This document shows positions 58,714 through 64,000 of a stretch of 64,000 bases of DNA, in pieces. How positions within the stretch are numbered: the stretch's first letter is position 1; each line of letters begins with the position of its first letter. This DNA is from a virus (taxonomy: Duplodnaviria; Caudoviricetes): the IMG/VR virus record IMGVR_UViG_3300025133_000020. One strand, given 5' to 3'. The position numbers were made by a program, and so were the translations under genes. A model generated the notes under the pieces. That model searched no databases and had not been told where the DNA came from. It saw only the letters and a program-made list of their open reading frames with translations.

Positions 58714-59715
58714 ATGTCCAAAATGTTACATGAAACGGTAAGAGCTAAGTTACTATCATATCTCACATTAAATGAGGTGATGGATGGTAATTGTGGTACG
58801 CATAATATCAAACAATATATGTTTGAGGATGATAGTAGTTTCGACCCACTAGGTCATATAGATGCTGGTGATGGTGAAGTAATAACAGACCCTATAGACC
58901 CTAACCTAGATTGCGTACTAACATTTAGTAAGGGTGGTAGTAATTCTAAGTTGGAGTGGCCCCACTTTTCATTACCAGCAGGTTTTACTTGCCCTGAAGC
59001 TACAACCTGTAAAACGTTTGCGGCTGAACCAGGTCCTAATGGTAAAAAGTTTTCTGATGGCTCATCTTTATTACAAGGTAAAGAAGCCGAATTCAGGTGT
59101 TATGCGGCAAGAAGCCAATCCCAATACCCACCTGTGTATAAGAGTTCTCATAGGAATTTAGATTTATTGATGGGTGCCAAGAAAGAAGGTGGTATGGGGG
59201 CGATGAAGGATTTATTAGTGAGGTCTATAGAGTATCATGGGTTAGCTAGTAGAAAACTAGTACGAGTTCATGAGGGTGGGGATTTTTTCGTTAACTCTTA
59301 TTTTCTGGCGTGGATGGAAGCAGCAAAAGAGTTCCCGAATATTTTATTTTATGCCTATACAACATCATTAAACTTCTGGTTACCCAATAGAGGGGCTGTC
59401 CCACCAAATTTCAAACTGATAGCTTCTATGGATAAGAAAAATGCTCAGACCATATTAGATAACGACTTAAGATATTCAGTCGTTGTTTATTCGGTAGAGA
59501 AGGCTAAGGAGTTAGGGTTGAAAATAGATGTTGACGATACGATAGCTTGGGATAGTGATGAAAATTTCGCATTATTATTACATGGTGGGCAACCTAAAGG
59601 TAGTGAAGCTGCTGCGGCACGTACAAAAAATACTAGAGGTGGAGTATACGATAGGATTAAACAAGCTTATCAAGATAATAGAGGTAAGAAATTAGATAGG
59701 GTAAGTTCACTATAA
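58714..59715 (+). CDS. Gp88-like (radical-SAM-like Cys cluster) protein with leader
   Basis: FSLPAGFTCPEATTC...CYAA, RVHEGGDF, FYAYT. Confidence 0.7.
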   Translation: MSKMLHETVRAKLLSYLTLNEVMDGNCGTHNIKQYMFEDDSSFDPLGHIDAGDGEVITDPIDPNLDCVLTFSKGGSNSKLEWPHFSLPAGFTCPEATTCKTFAAEPGPNGKKFSDGSSLLQGKEAEFRCYAARSQSQYPPVYKSSHRNLDLLMGAKKEGGMGAMKDLLVRSIEYHGLASRKLVRVHEGGDFFVNSYFLAWMEAAKEFPNILFYAYTTSLNFWLPNRGAVPPNFKLIASMDKKNAQTILDNDLRYSVVVYSVEKAKELGLKIDVDDTIAWDSDENFALLLHGGQPKGSEAAAARTKNTRGGVYDRIKQAYQDNRGKKLDRVSSL

Positions 59716-59731
59716 TTAAGCACGAAATCAA

Positions 59732-59794
59732 ATTATTTTCAAAAACTTTCAATAAATACTTGCATTATCCAAATAACTTTTGTATATTCGCACT
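59732..59794 (+). promoter_or_regulatory. strong stable-RNA-type promoter
   Basis: TTGCA (59760)-N18-TATATTCG (59783); aligns over about 60 nt with 52789-52852. Confidence 0.65.
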
Positions 59795-59852
59795 ATATTT
59801 AATAACAACGGGTGTATTATACCCAACTAAAGAATAGAAATCGGTGAAAACG

Positions 59853-59927
59853 ATGAGCATACATATTAGTTCGAATAATTGGAGACGCAATGTCACCATG
59901 GTCAGCTATTGCTCAGATTTCACTTAA
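59853..59927 (+). CDS. possible 24-aa leader peptide MSIHISSNNWRRNVTMVSYCSDFT
   Basis: short ORF between promoter and terminator upstream of the tRNA array. Confidence 0.35.
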   Translation: MSIHISSNNWRRNVTMVSYCSDFT

Positions 59928-59953
59928 GGAAATAGAGCATATCTCGAAAGAGT

Positions 59954-59989
59954 AAAGCCCTGACCAGTAAAACGGTTAGGGCTTTTTTT
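59954..59989 (+). terminator. intrinsic terminator immediately upstream of tRNA array
   Basis: AAAGCCCTGACC-AGTAAAAC-GGTTAGGGCTTT-TTTT. Confidence 0.8.
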
Positions 59990-59995
59990 GTATAT

Positions 59996-60067
59996 GGTGT
60001 TTGAAGCTTTAAGGTGAAGCGCTTGACTGTGAATCAAGAGAAGTGGGGTCGCTACCCATCTTACACC
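59996..60067 (+). tRNA. tRNA-His(GTG)
   Basis: G-1:C73; CTTGA-CTGTGAA-TCAAG; two U.U acceptor mismatches; atypical T loop GTCGCTA. Confidence 0.75.
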
Positions 60068-60072
60068 CAAAT

Positions 60073-60103
60073 TGTTATCTGCGAGATAACATGTTCTTTG
60101 ACA
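60073..60103 (+). promoter_or_regulatory. boxB-like hairpin followed by boxA-like TGTTCTTTGACA
   Basis: TGTTATCT-GCG-AGATAACA then boxA-like 60092-60103. Confidence 0.45.
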
Positions 60104-60245
60104 TCTTGGTATAAAAATAGTGTATCAGAAAGGATGCGTTGTACTATTATAAATGGTATAGCACATCATAATTGATACATTGTATGATAAATCATACATG
60201 CTCGTGCTTATGGTATGAGTTAATGACTGATTTATCATACAAAAC

Positions 60246-60320
60246 ACAGGCGCATGTTCCAAGGCTGGCGATGGGGTCTCCAAAACCCTATGTGGTGAGT
60301 TCAATTCTTTACCGTCTGTG
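60246..60320 (+). tRNA. tRNA-Trp(CCA)
   Basis: ACAGGCG/CGTCTGT-G; GGGGT-CTCCAAA-ACCCT; T arm with bulge. Confidence 0.8.
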
Positions 60321-60426
60321 CTTAATTTATAAACACTTTAGCACAGGTGATTATTATACTACAAAAACTTCTAGTGTTTTGGAGACTTTTCAGAAGTTAG
60401 TCATATTTACTAATAAAGACAGTGAT

Positions 60427-61158
60427 ATGGAAAGTAAGAAATGTGGTAAATGTGATGCGTATAAACCCATTAACGAGTTTAATAAGAATAGTAGCAAACC
60501 AGATGGGTTGGCACATATGTGTAAAACCTGTCATTCTGAATATAGACGACAACATTACCTTAAGAATAAGGTTAAGGTAATTAAGCAAGTTAATAGATAT
60601 AGGGAAGAAAACCCAGATAAATATGTATATAACCCTAAACCAGTAAGCGAAACTAACCGAATAATTAAACCTAAGAAGCACCACAGCTTCAACAAAAAAG
60701 CTGGAAGAATATATGAGGTTGGTTGTCACGTTTGTAACGTTAGGGTGTTTGCAAGTAAAAGTGAAATTGATGCTGGCGTAAATAAATTTTGCTCAAATAA
60801 TTGTAGGTCTAAATTAAATAAATCTAATTATCATCATTATCTTAGGGGGGTTAAAAAACGAGCTAAGAAGAAGGGGTTTGAGATTGATTTGACTGAAGAA
60901 TTTTTGAAAGACCTATTGGAGGTTACCCAAAAAGGTCTATGTTCCATAACCAATACCCCAATAATCGTTAAACACCCTAATGATAAAACTACGTTATTTG
61001 ACACAGCATCGTTAGATAGGGTTGATAGTAATGAAGGGTATGTTAAGGGTAACGTACAGTGGGTTATGTTAGGGGTTAACTATATGAAAATGAAATTCAG
61101 TAATGATGAATTACATAAAACATTAAGATTAATTAAAGAAAATTACAGGGAATCCTAG
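60427..61158 (+). CDS. HNH-type homing endonuclease with Zn ribbons
   Basis: CGKC, CKTC, CHVC; SLDRVDSNEGYVKGNVQWV; the upstream part of the ORF-track call overlaps tRNA-Trp and is spurious. Confidence 0.75.
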   Translation: MESKKCGKCDAYKPINEFNKNSSKPDGLAHMCKTCHSEYRRQHYLKNKVKVIKQVNRYREENPDKYVYNPKPVSETNRIIKPKKHHSFNKKAGRIYEVGCHVCNVRVFASKSEIDAGVNKFCSNNCRSKLNKSNYHHYLRGVKKRAKKKGFEIDLTEEFLKDLLEVTQKGLCSITNTPIIVKHPNDKTTLFDTASLDRVDSNEGYVKGNVQWVMLGVNYMKMKFSNDELHKTLRLIKENYRES

Positions 61159-61172
61159 TACCTGTGCAAAAT

Positions 61173-61249
61173 ACGAGTATAGCTTATGTAGTAAAGCAGC
61201 CGTGGAGGTAGTAAGGTAATTCTAGATGGTGCAAGTCCACCTATTCGTG
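61173..61249 (+). ncRNA. degenerate tRNA-like RNA without recognisable anticodon arm
   Basis: ACGAGTA/TATTCGT-G; GCTT/AAGC D stem; TGG-TGCAAGT-CCA T arm. Confidence 0.5.
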
Positions 61250-61260
61250 CAAATAAATTC

Positions 61261-61347
61261 GGAGAGGCAAACCAACAGGCGGTGGTCGCACTTTGCTAAA
61301 GTGTTAGGAGTTAACGGCTCGTGTGGGTTCGACTCCCATTCTCTCCG
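61261..61347 (+). tRNA. tRNA-Ser(GCT)
   Basis: GGAGAGG/TCTCTCC-G; GCACT-TTGCTAA-AGTGT; long variable arm. Confidence 0.9.
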
Positions 61348-61352
61348 CCCTT

Positions 61353-61442
61353 GACTTTAATGGTGGAAATTCATACGGTAAAACAGCTAAACACTTCGGG
61401 ATACCAAAAGCTACCGTAGTGGATAACATAAAAAAAATATAA
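61353..61442 (+). pseudogene. HTH C-terminal remnant of a deleted gene (endonuclease-like)
   Basis: DFNGGNSYGKTAKHFGIPKATVVDNIKKI*, no start codon. Confidence 0.5.
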
Positions 61443-61530
61443 GGAAGAATAAACCAAGTCGGTCTACGGGTTGCTGCTTTGAAACCAGTTAGGTGTAACA
61501 GCCGTGAGAGTTCGAGTCTCTCTTCTTCCG
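61443..61530 (+). tRNA. tRNA-Ser(TGA)
   Basis: GGAAGAA/TTCTTCC-G; TTTGAAA loop; long variable arm. Confidence 0.85.
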
Positions 61531-61536
61531 CCCTTG

Positions 61537-61565
61537 ACTTTTCTGTACCTAGCACTATATTTATA
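61537..61565 (+). promoter_or_regulatory. class II promoter (ACTTT-N13-15-)ATATTTA(T/C) (representative site)
   Basis: ATATTTA(T/C) at 17297, 29830, 30704, 35438, 46312, 50655, 53581, 56652, 58702, 60403, 61557, 63470 and on the minus strand at 25257-25265 and 51236-51244, each shortly upstream of a start codon. Confidence 0.75.
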
Positions 61566-61582
61566 TCTAAAACGATATAGAT

Positions 61583-62239
61583 ATGGCTAGGAAACAGAAA
61601 ACGATACACTACATCTACAAGACTACTTGTGAAGTGACAAACAGATACTATGTTGGGATGCATAGTACCAATAATCTGGAAGATGGTTATATGGGAAGTG
61701 GCAAACGATTGAGAGCTTCAATCAGGAAACATGGTGAAGACAACCACACCAAAGAAATAATAGCTTTCTACGATACAAGAGAGTTATTAGCGGAAGCGGA
61801 GAAGGAAGTTATCACAGATGATATGGTTGATGACAAAAATTGTATGAATCTGATGGGTGGTGGGAACGGTGGCTTCATCAGTGATGAGCAACAGAGGTAT
61901 CGTTCTGAGTGTGGTGGTAAAGCATTACATGAGAAAATGAGAACCGATAAAGAGTTTAGAGAGTTACAGGGTGAAAAGTTATCTAAATCAGTTAAACAGG
62001 CTCATGTTGAAGGTAAGATGAAAACTTGGAAGGATAATTACGATTGGACTGGTAAATCACATTCTGAAGAGACTAAACGTAAGATGAGTGACACTAATAA
62101 AGGTAAGGGTACTGGTGAAGCCAATTCTCAATATGGTACCTGCTGGATAACCAAAGATGGTTCCAACAAGAAAGTAAAGAAATCTGAATTGGATGTCCAT
62201 ATAACCCAAGGTTGGGAAAAAGGCAGAAAGATAAATTAA
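61583..62239 (+). CDS. GIY-YIG homing endonuclease with NUMOD3
   Basis: HYIYKTT...YYVGMHST...GYMGSG; GKSHSEETKRKMS. Confidence 0.85.
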   Translation: MARKQKTIHYIYKTTCEVTNRYYVGMHSTNNLEDGYMGSGKRLRASIRKHGEDNHTKEIIAFYDTRELLAEAEKEVITDDMVDDKNCMNLMGGGNGGFISDEQQRYRSECGGKALHEKMRTDKEFRELQGEKLSKSVKQAHVEGKMKTWKDNYDWTGKSHSEETKRKMSDTNKGKGTGEANSQYGTCWITKDGSNKKVKKSELDVHITQGWEKGRKIN

Positions 62240-62356
62240 AAATGGTAACTGGGGTCTCCCATGTAATATTGAGGTTTTATCTAACCCAGAACTAGATAAG
62301 TGAGATTACCATTAAAAAGCTGTTACGGTGTGAAAGACAGTTTGAGACACACATAT

Positions 62357-62443
62357 GGAGAGGTGACAGAGTGGAAATGTGTCAGCTTGGAAAGTTGTAG
62401 CCTACGTTTATTCGTAGCGAAGGTTCGATTCCTTCTCTCTCCG
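62357..62443 (+). tRNA. tRNA-Ser(GGA)
   Basis: GGAGAGG/TCTCTCC-G; TTGGAAA loop; long variable arm. Confidence 0.88.
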
Positions 62444-62451
62444 CCCTTGAC

Positions 62452-62486
62452 TTTTTGGTACTTAGGTTCGATTCCTGATATCCCAA
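62452..62486 (+). pseudogene. 3' half of a tRNA (Gln-like)
   Basis: TTAGG-TTCGATT-CCTGA-TATCCCA-A with no 5' half. Confidence 0.6.
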
Positions 62487-62498
62487 CTAAATTAATAT

Positions 62499-62570
62499 GG
62501 TGTAGTTAGTGTAGTGGTAACACGACAGCTTGTGGTGCTGTTATCATGGGTTCGAACCCCATACTACACC
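62499..62570 (+). tRNA. tRNA-His(GTG)
   Basis: G-1:C73; GTGTAGT/ACTACAC; ACAGC-TTGTGGT-GCTGT. Confidence 0.88.
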
Positions 62571-62593
62571 CGCTAGTGGTCTTTTCAATAAAT

Positions 62594-62668
62594 GGAACTG
62601 TGACATAATTGGTTTAATCATGCGCCCTGTTAAGGCAGCATATGTTGGTTCGAGTCCAACCAGTTCCG
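62594..62668 (+). tRNA. tRNA-Asn(GTT)
   Basis: GGAACTG/CAGTTCC-G; CTGTTAA loop; bulged anticodon stem. Confidence 0.75.
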
Positions 62669-62681
62669 CGAAATTAAGTAT

Positions 62682-62754
62682 GTTCCCATGGTGTAACTGG
62701 AAAGCACTTCAGGTTTCTACCCTGACAGTGAGGGTTCGAATCCTTCTGGGAATA
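62682..62754 (+). tRNA. tRNA-Arg(TCT)
   Basis: GTTCCCA/TGGGAAT-A; TCAGG-TTTCTAC-CCTGA. Confidence 0.82.
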
Positions 62755-62777
62755 CTAACATTTAAAAACTAGAAATT

Positions 62778-62972
62778 ATGGCAAGAGAACTATTACAAGA
62801 AGTAAAAGACTTCACATACGATTATGTGAAAAGGTATCCATATACCACTTCAGCGCCAATCGTTAGCTTATCTTATATGAGAGGTTGGGGTGATGGTTTA
62901 AGACATATGGAACTAAGAGCTTTGGTTATCAAAGAGATGGACAGAGCGAAGAAAAGAATTAAAGAAGAATAA
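62778..62972 (+). CDS. small hypothetical protein
   Basis: 64 aa between tRNAs; A-rich leader. Confidence 0.55.
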   Translation: MARELLQEVKDFTYDYVKRYPYTTSAPIVSLSYMRGWGDGLRHMELRALVIKEMDRAKKRIKEE

Positions 62973-62974
62973 AC

Positions 62975-63048
62975 GGGAGTGGTCAGGATGACACGGCTCT
63001 GAAAGGAGTTATCCTAGGAGTTTGGGGTTCGAGTCCCCTTCGCCCCCC
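62975..63048 (+). ncRNA. tRNA-like RNA with GAAA-capped nested hairpin
   Basis: GGGAGTG/CGCCCCC; AGGAT/ATCCT enclosing GGCTCT-GAAA-GGAGTT; GGGG-TTCGAGT-CCCC. Confidence 0.55.
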
Positions 63049-63053
63049 AATAT

Positions 63054-63130
63054 TGTGCAGTAACCAGCATGTCTGATACACATGACTAAGGTAACGGTTG
63101 AAAATATCGGTTCGAATCCCTATTGCACAA
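63054..63130 (+). tRNA. non-canonical (rewired) tRNA-Ile(GAT)-like, T stem decayed
   Basis: TGTGCAG-TA-ACCA-G-[CATGT CTGATAC ACATG]-ACTA-AGGT-AACGGTTG...-T arm-TTGCACA-A. Confidence 0.65.
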
Positions 63131-63136
63131 CTTTAT

Positions 63137-63227
63137 AGGCATATAGCAGCCCAACCTGATAAGTTGGAGAACTGTAGTTGGTATCTTGAGATAGCATCAA
63201 ACGTGGGTTCGAATCCCACTTTGCCTA
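63137..63227 (+). tRNA. non-canonical (rewired) tRNA-Ile(GAT)-like
   Basis: AGGCATA-TA-GCAG-C-[CCAAC CTGATAA GTTGG]-AGAA-CTGT-AGTTGGT...AAAC-GTGGG TTCGAAT CCCAC-TTTGCCT-A. Confidence 0.75.
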
Positions 63228-63359
63228 CAACAATCCTCCCATTGCCTCTCATTGAAGCACACTTTGGGTTATAGTGATTATCAATGGATGGCGCCAGAAG
63301 TTGATATGAGTTATAACAGATGTTTATGGTCATCTGGGTCCTTGCTTAAAACCATACTT

Positions 63360-63439
63360 CCAGAATTACCGAGCCAAGCTTATATCTTGGATATTCGTAG
63401 CGGTTGTTGCAAACAAGGGTTCGAATCCCTTATTCTGGA
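63360..63439 (+). tRNA. non-canonical (rewired) tRNA-Ile(TAT)-like
   Basis: CCAGAAT-TA-CCGA-G-[CCAAG CTTATAT CTTGG]-ATAT-TCGT-AGCGGTT...AAAC-AAGGG TTCGAAT CCCTT-ATTCTGG-A. Confidence 0.75.
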
Positions 63440-63495
63440 CTGGAGGTTTACTTTTTGTACTTTAGCCTTATATTTATATCTAAACAATATAGATT

Positions 63496-64000
63496 ATGGC
63501 AAGAAAAGAAAAAAAGTACCACTACATATACAAAACGACTAATTTACTTAGTGGTAGATATTACATAGGAATGCATAGCACCGATAACCTTGACGATGGT
63601 TATATGGGTTCTGGAACAAGACTTAGGCGTTCACTTAATAAACATGGTGAGGAAAATCATAAGGTCGAGTTCTTAGAGTTCCTTGATACTCGGAAAGAGT
63701 TGAAGGAACGGGAAGCTGAAATAGTTAACCTTAATGAGGTAGCCAAAGTGGACTGTATGAATCTGAAGGTGGGTGGTGAAGGTGGGTTATCGAGTGAAGA
63801 ACACAAGGTAGCATTTATAAATGCTGGTATTGTGGGTAGAGAATCCTTTAGGGATAAACTAACAAATGATAAGGAATTCCGTAAGAGACATATAGATATG
63901 TTTACTGGGATGGTAAAGGAACGTCACGCTTCTGGTGAAGTTAATTACAATACGTTTGAAGGTAAAACGCATACAGAGGAAACTAAAGAGAAGATGAGGA
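63496..64000 (+). CDS. GIY-YIG homing endonuclease (3' partial), paralog of 61583..62239
   Basis: MARKEKKYHYIYKTTNLLSGRYYIGMHST...GYMGSG; runs off window. Confidence 0.85.
   Translation, partial: MARKEKKYHYIYKTTNLLSGRYYIGMHSTDNLDDGYMGSGTRLRRSLNKHGEENHKVEFLEFLDTRKELKEREAEIVNLNEVAKVDCMNLKVGGEGGLSSEEHKVAFINAGIVGRESFRDKLTNDKEFRKRHIDMFTGMVKERHASGEVNYNTFEGKTHTEETKEKMR

Noticed and set aside
60327-60380. AAACACT...AGTGTTT inverted repeat as another tRNA
   Set aside because: Too short, with no T arm or anticodon arm.
60172-60426. N-terminal extension of the 60172..61158 ORF
   Set aside because: It overlaps tRNA-Trp and structured RNA; a class II promoter (60403) points to ATG 60427.
62975-63048. 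tRNA-Sec or tRNA-Phe
   Set aside because: No UCA anticodon; a 7-nt CTGAAAG loop leaves the stem unpaired, while a GAAA tetraloop pairs well.
61304-63542. ORF-track calls over tRNA clusters (61304..61663, 62300..62509, 62530..62772, 63133..63333, 63252..63542, also 52242..52454)
   Set aside because: They are read-throughs of tRNA or ncRNA sequence with no protein-like features.
1-64000. Genome-wide TAG (or TGA) reassignment
   Set aside because: Standard-code ORFs are long, abut or overlap their neighbours, and are not fragmented at TAG; only the Pth2-like gene shows an internal TAG.
1-64000. CRISPR array, rRNA, integrase, reverse transcriptase/DGR
   Set aside because: No regularly spaced repeats, rRNA-like sequence or corresponding protein motifs were seen.

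Overview
64-kb segment of a large, AT-rich tailed (jumbo-type) phage genome, almost all on the + strand. The host is probably Bacteroidota: the sigma factor is Bacteroidota-primary-type, nine TTG(C/A)A-N18-TAnATT(T/C)G promoters are present, and virion-type proteins carry SprB repeats. Layout: about 0.9-22.8 kb tail/baseplate-type structural genes; 22.9-30.7 kb RuvC-like resolvase, primase, PD-(D/E)XK nuclease, SbcD/SbcC and sigma70; 30.7-47 kb lysis-like, head/internal-type and small accessory genes; 47.9-59.7 kb translation and protein quality-control genes (DnaJ, ClpP, tmRNA, Pth2-like, CCA-adding enzyme, dNMP kinase, Gp88-like); 52-53.4 kb and 60-64 kb tRNA and tRNA-like RNA clusters with HNH/GIY-YIG homing endonucleases. 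Main observations: (1) three tRNA-Ile-like genes with identical spacing and an apparently rewired core, in which the anticodon arm is nested inside the D-stem and the D-loop GG sequence follows it; (2) a Pth2-like gene interrupted by an in-frame TAG, about 760 bp upstream of a CUA-anticodon tRNA, in a genome that otherwise reads with the standard code; (3) a transcription unit of tRNA-shaped RNAs without a normal anticodon; (4) basic N-terminal leaders ending in L-x-E on several enzymes, and LLRE in the tmRNA tag. All RNA folds and protein family calls were made by eye, without database searches.
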